A DNA stretch of 64,000 bases from Eledone cirrhosa (taxonomy: Eukaryota), in NCBI GenBank assembly GCA_964016885.1, contig OZ024753.1, positions 46,438,001-46,502,000 of the forward strand, read 5' to 3'. Shown piece after piece: positions 42,195 through 55,974 of the stretch. The notes under the pieces were generated by a model, which was not told where the DNA came from, did not search any database, and worked only from the letters and a program-made list of their open reading frames with translations. Both the position numbers and the translations under genes were made by a program. Within the stretch, counting starts at the first letter, position 1; each line of letters opens with the position of its first letter.

Positions 42195-42926
42195 CCCTGC
42201 CTCCAAATCGTAACATTTTGCCGCTCAAAGAATTCCTTTCTAATTCCATAGTAATTCTATTGCAGTTCTCTTAAGCACTATATTCAGTAGAATCCACTTT
42301 GAATACGAAATTGCTGCAACTTGACAGATCTCGCTCTAAAAGACATATTGCGCGTATTATCTCATCGTTCCTTCTTCGCTTGATGGGAATCGGTCACTAA
42401 GCAATTTTCTATTCTAATATAGATGAGGAACTCAGAGATTGTTGTCTGTTAGCTTTGTTTTTAGTTGTTTGCTTTTATTCTTTATTCCTATAGAATTTAT
42501 GTCTTTCAAAACCAGAAATATTTTTTTTATCTTGGCGTCAACTAAACAACGTTTTATGTGTCTCACGTAACACTATATACTTCATTTGTGTCTAGTCTAT
42601 AATATGTGATTATGAAATATTGAATGGTTAAAATATACGTAGTTCAGTTTATAAGTTTAATAGTGATGTTTTGATGGTTAATATAGTGTTATCGGTACTG
42701 TGATGTGTCTGTGGTTTAAACACATATGTCTCACTGTCTCGGAACATATAGTTTTGAATAGGTATCATGAAGAGGTTCATTTTACTCTAGATATTATCTA
42801 ATATATGTTAACCCTGCGGTGTAGCTTAAGCCGTTTCTACAAACAAAATGGTATATATCCAGGACCCCCAGCAGACAGCTGATGAGGGAAAACTTTCTCA
42901 CGTTCATGCTTTCTTCTTATTTTTAG

Positions 42927-43011
<85 letters not shown>

Positions 43012-43244
43012 ATAATTTCAGCGAGATCGAATTTCGGCTGTGGTCGAAAACAAAGCGAAACGCAATATCCGAGTTATGCTGGCAAGCGTTCCATGGACCA
43101 AATAAAGACGAGGCAAGACAAATAGGTCAAACAAAATAATTGAATATTTACCCGGACCCCTGGAAAAGATGGTTTAATCCAGTGAAGGGTTTCTGCGACA
43201 CCTAAATCAATTTTACTGCCTGCTTAAATAATAAGCTTTTGGTA

Positions 43245-43383
43245 AAAGTGTTTCCTGGTGATTTATTACGAATGAAACAGTTCTAGTCCTGTAGAAGCCA
43301 TTTCTATGATAAAATAAATATGCCTATAGACTACTAACGTATTGAGTACGTTGCCTCCTCCCAATATACACCGGGAATCCACC
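43245..43383 (+). mobile_element. Short element with a core-mutated type I hammerhead (family of 52520-52660)
   Basis: TTTC CTGGTGA ... GAA ACAG-TTCTAGTC-CTGT A GAAG at 43251-43297. Confidence 0.7.
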
Positions 43384-44244
43384 TATATATATGTGTGTGT
43401 ATGTCTGTATTTGTGTATGCATGTATGTGTGTGTGTATATGCATATCTGTATGTGTGTGTACATGTTTGTCTCTGTGTTCCAATGATAGAGATTGTAAAC
43501 ATGTACCTAATTACTGTTCTTTATTCTTATTTTGTTCTATCATTCTTACATTCCTTCTTCCTTCCTTTCTTTCTTTCTCTCTTTCCTTTCATTCATTCCT
43601 TTTATATGTCCACGTTTCTAGTCGCCATCACGATGACCTTTTATACTTCATCTTGTTATTTCTATTATATCCTCCTCTTCCTTCTCCTTCTCCTCCTCTT
43701 CCTCCCATTACTGTTATAGTACATCACTTACTTCACCCACCCCCACTCACTCTCTCTCTCTCTCTCTGTTCTTACTATATATAGAGAATTGGTACTACGG
43801 TCATCTCCTTCAGACTTCTTCATAACAACAACACTCACCACCACCAACAACAACAACAACAATACCACGAAAAACAGCCAGAGCCCCTAGAGCCAGCTGC
43901 ACTCCCACCTCCACCCTATCCTCCTCCACCATCACCGCCACCCAATACCACCACCACCACCACCAATATCACTATCACCACAACCACCACTACCCCCACT
44001 ACCACCAATATCACTACCCCCCCCCCCCCCCCCCACTACCACCACTACCACCACCGCCACTATGTTCACCTATTAACCATTCTCTGTTCTCCAAAACATC
44101 ACAAACATCTTCCTTAATGATCCAAACTTTACAAAGCAGAACATCGTAATTAGAACAGATGTCCTCAATTCTTGCCTATTTTCCTGTAAAATTCTTGCAA
44201 ATACACACACACGTATACATACATTCACACACGTACACACACAA

Positions 44245-44340
<96 letters not shown>

Positions 44341-44867
44341 GAGAGAGAAATAGATAAAGATATAGATCCATAGAAACAAACATACATATACATACACACA
44401 TTATATACATATACACACACATACATAGCTTACAAGTAGCTTCACGTGTTCTTTTTTCTCTCTATCGTCTGCTTCCAATCAGTAACTGAAGATCCTGTCG
44501 AGTTTCGTTGGTGGACTGCCACATCAACAACATGATGTCCCTAATGAGGGCTACACACACACACTGTTTTGTTGTCTCTGAGATGAGATAAACTGAAGAA
44601 CCAGCCGTTCTATCTACTCCACATGCTCGGCCCCTCTTGTATTGCCAAAGGCATCTTTTAACAGGCCGACGAAAAATATTCCGAACAGTGTATTAGCTAG
44701 GACTCAGTCTTGTTTCACACAGTTGTAGATTCTAAGGGGTCGAGAAGAGCTATCCCCAACCCCATGTGATGTCCCCTTCATGTTTGTTGATATGGAAGGA
44801 CTCTATTATACCCTAAAGTTCAGAACTAACCTTCTCCCAAGTAATAAACGTCTGCAATTGAAATAAT

Positions 44868-45051
44868 TGTCTCTACTTTTGGCACAAGGCCAGCAATTAC
44901 CCAGTACATTACTGGTACTTCATTTTATCGACCCCGTAAGGATGAAAGGCAAAGTTAACCTCGGCGGGATTTGAACTCAGAATGGCAAAGGCCGTAACTC
45001 TATGCGTCAAAGCACGGCGTCCGACCCTCTACCGATACTGCCAATCCACCG
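44868..45051 (-). mobile_element. Full-length tRNA-derived SINE with a 19-bp target-site duplication
   Basis: CGTCTGCAATTGAAATAAT at 44849-44867 and 45052-45070; A box TGGCAGTATCGG, B box GAGTTCAAATCCC on the - strand. Confidence 0.95.
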
Positions 45052-45167
45052 CGTCTGCAATTGAAATAATACCAGCAGATAGTATCAACATTGGAAAGAC
45101 CAATGGAAGCATAGTTTCCCTGGTCTGATTTAACAATTGTTGTCTTTATTCTCACAAACATGTGTGT

Positions 45168-45277
<110 letters not shown>

Positions 45278-45906
45278 ATCCTAACGACCGGGAGAGTAGT
45301 GGAGGCGCTGTAAGGACATACGATGTCTCTTGGACATTTTAAACTCTCCCATCGGAGTTCATCCCTTTTTTATGTATAAATTCTGCCAATTTCTTCCTGA
45401 GAAAGAGAGAGAGAGAGAGAGTAATAGAGAAGAAGTCAGTAAGAGATCTAATAGAGATCAGTTACCATAACCTGTTTTTGTTGTTGTTTTTTTGGACACA
45501 ACTATCAATGTCAAAGTCGATAAGTTTTTTTTTTTTTTTTGACCAACTGTCAGCCAGTAGTTTTGCCACCGAAATCGATCGTAAATTCAGCGACGTTATG
45601 TGGTTATATGACGTTTTACATTAACGATGGATGCTGGTAAAGTAGTTGTCGTTGTTGCTGTGACGTAAGTTAATTCAGGTTTCTTCTTGCTTTCAGGCGT
45701 AGATCAGTGATGGATAACAACATAGAAAGTATGGATTATGAGAGAATTTAATGGAAACCAGCGTAATTATCGAGGGGAGGAGGGGGTTGGGACGAGGGGA
45801 GGTGAGTGGGATAGAAAGACGACTGAGAATAGAATTGGAAGGGATGTATGTGTGTATGTGGGGAGGTGTTGTGTGTGTCTAGACAGGCAGACAGACATAC
45901 AGAATA

Positions 45907-46012
<106 letters not shown>

Positions 46013-46121
46013 GGGGGAGAGAGAGAGTTTGATAGGGAAAATGTAGAAAATGGAAACCGAGAGAAAAATACATTTAGAGATTTGAAAGATAACACAGTAT
46101 TGAGGCAATAATATATATGTT

Positions 46122-46171
<50 letters not shown>

Positions 46172-46933
46172 TATATACATATATATACGTGTGCCAGTGT
46201 GTGTGTGTGTGTATCTGCGTATGTATGTCTGTGTTTGAATTCAAAATGTTACAGTAAGCCGAGTGAGATAACATCATGAAATTGAAAGAAAAATGAGAGA
46301 GAGAGAGGGAGAGAGAAAGAGGGAGGGAGATGGAGAGAAAGAGGGAGGTATAGGGAGAGAGAGGGAGAGAGAGAGACAAACACGTTGAAATAGAAAGACA
46401 TAAACAATATAAGATGCACACACATTGATAATACACACAGACACACACACAAACCATCAGAAACAAAATATACACTACTCCAATACACCCGCACATATAC
46501 ACATACATACATACACACACTCACATACACACACTCACATACACGCATATACACACTCTCATACAGACATACACACAAACAAAAAATAAGCACAACTCTC
46601 ACACTCATAAAATGTACCACACACACTCCTCGGCAGAAATGGTAGAACCGGTCGCTACAGCATCACCACGCCACCTCCTCCCTCACACACCGGACTACTT
46701 CCCCCACCAACACCACCACACCCATTCTGATAAATCATGTTTTACTTTTTCTATTTTCAAACCTTTTTTTTTCTTCTAACCTTTTTTTAATGAAAGACTA
46801 CTCTCCGATACGTTGAGACCTTTCTTCCTTGTCCATCCAGTGTGAATCCAGCAAGATTTTGTGTAATTGTATCCGTGTTTGTCTATTTTAACCTTGATTT
46901 CTCTCACACTCTATATATATATATTATATATAT

Positions 46934-47002
<69 letters not shown>

Positions 47003-47027
47003 GGAAAACGTTTAACCACCTCCTTCG

Positions 47028-47089
<62 letters not shown>

Positions 47090-47091
<2 letters not shown>

Positions 47092-47290
47092 AACCAGTAA
47101 GACCCCGACAGCTGAGCTCAAGCCGTTTCGACGGCTATTCTGGACTCAGTCCAGAATTAGCCGTCGAAACGGCTTGAGCTCAGCTGTCGGGGTCTTACTG
47201 GTTCCTATTACCCACTCTACCACCTCAAGTATTGAGTTACTTTGGTGCGTTATGGTCCACCTGGTTCCTTACCACATTTCCTTCGTTATA
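47090..47290 (+). mobile_element. Half-hammerhead family copy with a fold-back (hairpin 47090-47205)
   Basis: Arms of about 57 bp turning at CTGGACTCAGTCCAG. Confidence 0.9.
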
Positions 47291-47337
47291 TATATATATA
47301 TATATATATATAGGAAAACGTTTAACCACCTCCTTCG

Positions 47338-47371
<34 letters not shown>

Positions 47372-47420
47372 ACTTGACTGATATTGTTCGTGTCTATAAC
47401 TATAACCTATAATTTCCCCA

Positions 47421-47451
<31 letters not shown>

Positions 47452-47454
47452 GTC

Positions 47455-47586
<132 letters not shown>

Positions 47587-49444
47587 CTAAACGAAAAGAA
47601 TGTCTGATACTTAAGTGGAGGGGCAGTAATAGTTATGGTGGTTATTGAAGGGGCAAACTCTCAAGTTAACTTGGTAAAGAATCCCCCACACAGTGACAGG
47701 ATCATGAATGAGAGGGAGGGTGATATACAAGAGAGAGAGAGAGAAACTAATGGTTAACGGGTTCCTAATTAACATATTGGCTTATAGTGTTGCCTAGAAA
47801 CGAAACATTACTTCTATCCAGCTCAATACATATATTAGTCTAGCTGTTATGTCATCAGTGTTTAGAAGGATGACAACAACACATGATCACACCTCAAAAC
47901 TATATATTGTATATAGTTGTGTGTATGTATGTATATAGCTGTGTGCGTATATATATATATATAGCTGTGTATGTGTGCATCTATGTATGTAGCTGTCTGT
48001 TTATGTATGTATATATGTGCGTGTATGCTTGTATATATAATGTATTTGATGGCATGTAAAAATATACGCCTGTCCACAATCAAAGGTACGTCTGTCACAT
48101 GGCAGACTTACCTGTGTTACTGTTATACTCAACACAGGGAGATAAGGTGACACCTGTATACTAACACAGGTATATGTTACACCTGAGACCGTTAACTTAC
48201 CTGTATTATTCTAACAATCAGCACATAAGTATATGGAGATGCCCACAAGCACAGGTATACAATACACCTGACACAGTAGACATATTTGCCTTACTGTAAT
48301 AATCAACATATGATATATGGAGACACACCTGTCCACATCACAGGTAATACTTAGACGTTGTTGCACCTCCAATAAGTAACATTTGGCACAGTTAGCACTA
48401 AGAACAGGTGACATTTAGACCAGATAATAACTAAACCAGATAATAGTGAAACAAGGTGAAATTTAGACCAGGTAGTATTCAGGCCAAGTAAGATTTACAC
48501 CAGGTAAGATTTAGACCAGGCAACACTTCGATCAGGTAACACAGCAATCAAGTAACGTCGATCAGGCGACACTTCGATCTGGATAAGTAATATACTAAGA
48601 TCCAAAGACTTATTCGGCAAACGTTTGTAGTACATCTGTTCTACAATCTACTTGAAACTTTCCAAACACGATTCTGTTGTTCATCTTCAACTATTTAAAT
48701 CAACTAATTACGTGTACTGTTATAAGTCTGAGTGTTGCAGCCTCAAGCACAGTACATAGCTCTACTTAGCTCAGTCAACATAGCTGAAAATAGGCAGCAA
48801 TCTTATTTCGTGGTTGAGTGATTGGCTTTAAGGTGGGTATCCAACTGTAAAACAGCTTACCCATACAAATCATACACATACTTGAATATCTAGACTCACA
48901 TAACACATTTACGTGAATATAGAAATGAGATTGAAAAAAATAAAATCGTTTATTTATTTTGTTTGTTTTTGTTATTATTGTTTTGTTTTGTTGTAGTATT
49001 TAGCTTTTTAAACGTTTCAGAATTGAAAAATTGAAAACTAAAACATGTTATTAAAAATATGGTATTAACCATTTCAAGCGTAATAATAACTACTGCAGGC
49101 AAGTAGGCTAACTAAAAATAAGATAAAATTATTTGGTTGCAATTAGTTAATGAACACTAAGACTATACCTTCTGGCGGCGAAAAACCTTGCAATGGCTTT
49201 AACAGAGAATAACGTGGTTAATTCTGAATCCTGTCTTAAATTAATTATTTCCTTTAAATCTACAGAGAGGCAAGGACACCCCCCCCACCCACACACACAC
49301 ACACACATACCTGTCACACACACGAAATATGTATGTAACCACATATTACTTTAACCCTTTGAATTTGACGCCAGCTTCGGTAGAACATACAATAGCAGCA
49401 CAATCAACCTCACTCACTCTTTATATATATATATATATATAATA

Positions 49445-49635
49445 AAGAGTCGACACCCCAACGACTGAGCTCCTGCCCTTTTAGCAATCAATGTGGAACT
49501 AGCTGTTGAAACGGCAGGAGGTCACCCGTCGGGGTCCCGACTCTTCACAATATAACCATACTCTACTACACCAAGTATCGAGTACTCTGTTGAGTAATTG
49601 TCTAACCAGTTTCAAAGTGAATCCATCCTGATTTA
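49445..49635 (+). mobile_element. Diverged half-hammerhead family copy with an old fold-back
   Basis: AAGAGTCG..ACCCCAACG... / ...CCGTCGGGGTCCCGACTCTT, followed by CTCTACTAC..AAGTAT.GAGTACTCTG. Confidence 0.75.
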
Positions 49636-50490
49636 TATATATATACACACACACGATATATATTGTTTATGTGGAAAACAAGGTACATTTGTTGTTGTCC
49701 ACTGATAGATTTAGAAATACTTGAGATTTTCTTACACGTGTTTCAATACAAACGTAACTGACGGTCTGTGAAAGCTGTATTATTATATAATTCATTATTT
49801 CACACTGAGCTATTGTTCTAATGGATTTCGTTGTCAAACTAATGCACTGCTGTAGGAAAAATATCATCTGAGGTTGAAGAAAAAGAGGTCATTCATGGTG
49901 AACTACTGAGGAACCTACAGCTCTTGTATTCTGCTTCAAGATTCTCATTAGTTCTTATTATCATAGTTCAAAAATAAACAAAGAAAAGATTATCATAGTT
50001 GAAATGATACATGTAAACGAAATGTGCATAATTTCCTGGAAATGCTGATATTTTCCAACAAATCACAAAGCAAACTATCTCACATCTTCTAAATCCAACC
50101 AATTAGTAGGAACAACGAAGATTTCTAAAACATTCCAATGTTGTCCATTTAAGTTTCCTGGAAAGAACATATACATAGAACCATAAGTACACATATAACA
50201 TGAACACATAAAAAGCAACTGCACACATACATATGTTAACACTCGTGCACTAAAGAGACATGTATTCATAAGTGCAAGTACGTTCACACATATATATATA
50301 TATATATATTAAACCACACACACACACGCGGTAGCTCATAGATATATACATATGTATGAGCTACATATACACTTACGTATTCACATGTTCACAATAGCTG
50401 CAACTGACTTCTCACAAACATAAAAATCTTGTCATTGTTAGAGACTAGTTTCGAGTCTTGCGAAGAACTTAAATTTCAAACAAAACGTAC

Positions 50491-50578
<88 letters not shown>

Positions 50579-51280
50579 TGGCTGCCAACTCGTTTTCGAG
50601 TACGGCCACTACTAGATACATACCACAGATAGATACATAGATACATACATACATACATACATACATACATACATACATACATACATACATACATACATAC
50701 ATACATACATAGACACAAATATGCATGCACACACACACACATACATAAATACATACACATACATACACTCATACAGACACTCATACAGACAAATGGCGTA
50801 TATAGATGAGTCGCTGCCTCTGAAACTAGTTACGGTTCTGTAGGAATGAGGAGGGGGGAAATTACAAGATGTCGGAATTAGTTTATATTTGTGCTATGAG
50901 TGATAATTATGTTAGTTGTAGAACAGCAGAAAGATAAGGAAGAATATTTAGTGGTGTAGGCGGGGTAGTGCTTAATTTTTTGTGACGGGGAGGAGCGGTT
51001 GTTACCAACGTTCTAGTATGTTGCTGAGTCATAAGGATTCTAAAGTACACATACGTGTAAATGAACTACAGCCGTCACTAGCAATTGAGTATGATTTAGT
51101 AATATATACGATGCTTTCAGCGAGGGTTGTTTTGGGGCCCATATAATCGCGACCCGCTATACATTCACCCGCAGTGTAACATCCAGGGTTGTGACAGCTG
51201 GTTGAAGAGACGACGGCACCAGCACTGACTGGGATGATACTTTCTTTATCGACCCAGTTTTTACCAATCTTACACACAAC

Positions 51281-51323
<43 letters not shown>

Positions 51324-51378
51324 TAGGGTTAGAGCTTTAGATATCTATGTTTTTATATATAACATATAATATATATAT

Positions 51379-51439
51379 ATATTGTTATGCTTTTGGAGGG
51401 TCATGTTGGCAACATGACCCTCCCAAAGCATAACAATAT
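51379..51439. repeat. Near-perfect 61-bp palindrome beside (TA)n
   Basis: ATATTGTTATGCTTTTGGAGGGTCATGTTG G CAACATGACCCTCCCAAAGCATAACAATAT. Confidence 0.92.
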
Positions 51440-51656
51440 CGGCTTCAACACACGTTTTCATATAAAGAATCTTGCTAAACAAATTCAGAAACGAAATATA
51501 TATATATATATATATATATATGCGTGGTCTTGGATATGTTTGTCTAGGGAATATTAACTGATGTGTACACTCCGACCGGTTCTTTTGGAAACTGTTTTGT
51601 CATTCAACGATTGCCAGACAATATGATCGATATTATTGTGTATTGATCAAAATTAG

Positions 51657-51746
<90 letters not shown>

Positions 51747-51887
51747 ACGTGTGCGCGCGCATTTATATATATATATACGAAATATTTACTTCTAGGTTCA
51801 CAGATTGATTTTTTTAGTTTCAGAACATCCCGTTAAGGGTGAAAGCAGCGATTCTTTGCTTAAACTTTAATCTGTTATTTTAATAAT

Positions 51888-51925
<38 letters not shown>

Positions 51926-52278
51926 TTTATACACTCGTATATGCTTGGTAACACAGATACGTCCTAAGGTGCTACTCCGTCTCCGAATGCAGGAGCCGAT
52001 GACTCATCAGGCAATGAAGAAACTCTCTAGGTGTTTCTACCCTTTCCACGGCGACACCAGAGTTACTTGGGGGCCATCCACCGATACAGGTGACATATGG
52101 GTCTGATGTTGTTACTTTGTCCACCTCAACGTGTCAGAACAGCATGAAATTTTCTGGTGTTATGACTGAGCGAGACATCCCCATACAACTCAATGTGTCA
52201 ACTGCACAATTCATCTTCTCATTTGTGCCAGATGGATTGACTCGCTTTCTCAGCTGCCTCACATAAAGACCTAGAAAG

Positions 52279-52345
<67 letters not shown>

Positions 52346-52607
52346 AAGAATGAAGAGTAACATGGTTGGAATTACAGCGAACTCGCTGCCTAACTATGGT
52401 AACATCTTGTTGAGTTAAACAAAACCATACGTTAAAACTATCCACGACCCAGAGTACTCACAACTTCTAACTGGATTACCTATAACGATAACTTGTTACC
52501 CCATATATATATATATATATAAGTTTACCCCGGGTTCAATCGGGGGTAAGCACAGTAAGTACGGTACTCAATCCAAAGCAGAGTATATATATTTAATATA
52601 GAAATGG

Positions 52608-52654
52608 CTTCAACAGGACTAGAACTGTTTCATTCGGGAGAAATCATCAGGAAG
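52608..52654 (-). ncRNA. Type I hammerhead motif with a looped stem III
   Basis: Reverse complement: CTTC CTGATGA T TTC-TCCC-GAA T GAA ACAG-TTCTAGTC-CTGT T GAAG (GUU site), inside a 140-bp element flanked by (TA)n. Confidence 0.75.
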
Positions 52655-52659
52655 TTCTG

Positions 52660-52756
<97 letters not shown>

Positions 52757-52996
52757 CTTGGGAAGGGTCATATTGTTGTAATAATATTGCCAGAATTAAT
52801 AACAGAACACACTCACTGTTTGGTTGGTTTTCGCTTCTGTATCTTTTTATATCAGTTAATTTATTCGGTCCTCAATGTTTACCATTGACTGACCAACGGT
52901 CAAAAATACAGATATAATATAGACACAAACACATATATAAAGTCTAACAAAGTTCTTTTGGATTGCCTCGGAAACATAACCTTATTATGTAACAAG

Positions 52997-53050
52997 CTGT
53001 CTGATGATGACGCGGCACTGGCGCACGAAACAGTGTGGCCACTGTCGCCA
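52997..53050 (+). ncRNA. Type I hammerhead motif with a 6-bp stem III and GUC site
   Basis: GT CTGATGA TG.CGC-GGCACTG-GCGCA C GAA ACAGTG-TGGC-CACTGT C GC; stem I is weak. Confidence 0.7.
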
Positions 53051-53216
53051 TTGAAATATGTATCACAGCATTATTAAAAGTAGAAACAATTATTATTAAA
53101 GGACTTTAACATCTGAAACTACTTCGCTTTTCCTTATTCGATATTTACTCCGTCACTCCTATGTGGAATAAGTACGTTGAGTGCTTGAATTGAATTGCAT
53201 CAATATTTACCTTAAG

Positions 53217-53331
<115 letters not shown>

Positions 53332-53616
53332 ATAATAATAAATTTGAAGACTAAAATCCAAAGAGGGCTCGATAAGGATAAACATATATCAAATATATAA
53401 GAACCGTAGAGCAAATATTTATTAAAATAACAGATCTGTTATTTTAATAAATTGATATATATATATATTATTTGATGTGAGAAAAACCACAGACCCTCCA
53501 TCTCAACTCTACTTTTGAAAAGCAGAAGAACTGCGAAACCGGTAAAGGAACCAAATAAATATATATATTTTTTTTTAAATAAGATTCCAGTTGCATTTTC
53601 GATTTCATCTTTTTTT

Positions 53617-53688
<72 letters not shown>

Positions 53689-54219
53689 GATTAGTTCTTT
53701 CGTTGTTTTGGTATTGTATGGTTGGGTTTTGCCTGCCGCAATTTTCAATTTGTCAAGCTATCTAAACGTAATGTTATTACTCTGAAGACCTACTCTTATT
53801 GAGTGCTTTGCTACTCATTCCTAATTGTAGGTCGACTTTGCTTGGCCACTGCCAAAGCTTCGATTTTACTAAGCTTCCACTTGTGTGTATATATATATAT
53901 ATTTCAACCCGGAATAACGTATATATATATATATATATATATATACTTTGGTATATAATGCTGTGGCGATGATGGTGTTGTTGTTGCTGCAGTGGTGAGG
54001 GTGATGTTTAAGTTGGTAATGGCGGTGATGGTGCTGGTGGTATTGGTGTTGGTGGTGGCAATATGATGGTAGTGATGATATTCAATATAAACCTGTTTAC
54101 ACCAACTTAGGTGGTAGCCCTATTATACAGCATGAAGGCAGGCTGACCTTAACTGCTTAACATTCAAGATAACGTCTTCGTGTTGAACAAACCCATAATT
54201 TCAACATCACAGATAATGG

Positions 54220-54294
<75 letters not shown>

Positions 54295-55177
54295 TACAAA
54301 GATAATGGCTTATATATACATACATCCACACACACACATACACACACACACACAAGATAATGGTTTATATATACATACATACACACGCACACACACAAGA
54401 TAATGTCATATATACACACACACACACAAGATATTGGCTTATATTTACATCCTCATACACACACACACACACACACGCACAACACTAACTCATTGGTATT
54501 TATTTAACGAAACAACCTGAACGAATCAATAACTTAGGAGCAGAAACACCCAGTGCCACCCAGGGTGGACCTCAATATGGGGCCACAACCATGACCCCTA
54601 CCACCACCACCCCTACCACCATAACCCCTAACGCTACCAACGCCACCACCACCCCTATAACCCCTGACACTACTAACCACAACCTACCACTACTACCCCT
54701 ACCTCTACCACTAATACCACCACTACCACCACCACCACCACCTATCTTTTAACACAACATTATTCAATGACCTTTTGTTTGTTGTTTTCAAAAGCTGTGA
54801 TTCTCGTGTGATTTAGCTGCTATCTCTAACATCTCTAACAACCTTGAAGTCTTTCTTGTCTCAATGGCGGCGGCGTCTTGTTTATTTTATAGATTTCTTT
54901 CTATTTACGAGATTTAGATTTATTTATTATTGTTATTGTTGTTGTTGTTGTTGTATGATTTATTACCTCATGTCTTGGTATGTGAGAACATCGTTCAACT
55001 TTTCACTACTATTACCACCACTACTACTACCACCACCACTACTATTGCTGCTACCACTACTACTACCACCACTACTTCTAACACCACTACACTACTACCC
55101 CAACTAAACTACCATAACTACCACTGCTGCTACTACCACCACCACTACCACTACTACACTACCACTAATACTCTAAA

Positions 55178-55880
55178 GAGGTAAAGAAAGCATGTGGTGG
55201 TGGTAGTACAGGTAAAGAAGGCATGTGGTGGTGGTTGTAGTAGTGGTGGTGGTAGTACAGGTAAAGAAGGCATGTGGTGGTGGTGGTAGTAGTGGTGGTG
55301 GTAGTAGAGGTAAAGAAGGCATGTGGTGGTGGTGGTAGTAGTGGCGGTGGTAGTACAGGTAAAGAAGGCATGTGGTGGTGGTTGTAGTAGTGGTGGTGGT
55401 AGTACAGGTAAAGAAGGCATGTGGTGGTGGTGGTAGTAGTGGTGGTGGTAGTAGAGGTAAAGAAGGCATGTGGTGGTGGTGGTAGTAGTGGCGGTGGTAG
55501 TACAGGTAAAGAAGGCATGTGGTGGTGGTGGTAGTAGTGGCGGTGGTAGTACAGGTAAAGAAGGCATGTGGTGGTGGTGGTAGTAGTGGTGGTGGTAGTA
55601 GAGGTAAAGAAGGCATGTGGTGGTGGTTGTAGTAGTGGTGGTGGTAGTACAGGTAAAGAAGGCATGTGGTGGTGGTGGTAGTAGTGGCGGTGGTAGTACA
55701 GGTAAAGAAGGCATGTGGTGGTGGTGGTAGTAGTGGCGGTGGTAGTAGAGGTAAAGAAGGAATGTGGTGGTGGTGGTAGTAGTGGCGGTGGTAGTACAGG
55801 TAAAGAAGGCATGTGGTGGTGGTGGTAGTAGTGGCGGTGGTAGTAGAGGTAAAGAAGGCATGTGGTGGTAGTAGAGGCAT
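55178..55880 (+). repeat. 49-bp minisatellite (AGGTAAAGAAGGCATGTGGTGG...GGTAGTAC/G), about 14 copies
   Basis: Period 49 (55210, 55259, 55308). Confidence 0.95.
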
Positions 55881-55974
55881 ACAGTAGGGGTGGTGGTGGT
55901 GGTAATAAGGAAGACATTGGTAAAAATGATGAATCAAGGCTAGAGTAGTTGGGTTTAAAGCAGTGCAATATCGT

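Noticed and set aside
42879-42905. CTGATGA followed by the hairpin GGGAAA-AC-TTTCTC
   Set aside because: No GAAA or stem III follows, so it cannot be called a hammerhead.
45595-45700. TGACGT (CRE-like) words and an acceptor-like TTCTTCTTGCTTTCAG
   Set aside because: Short motifs expected by chance; the downstream sequence does not encode the CELF exon-2 peptide.
51985-52012. Minus-strand CTGATGA GTC...GAC GGAG
   Set aside because: GAAA is replaced by GGAG and there is no convincing stem I or III.
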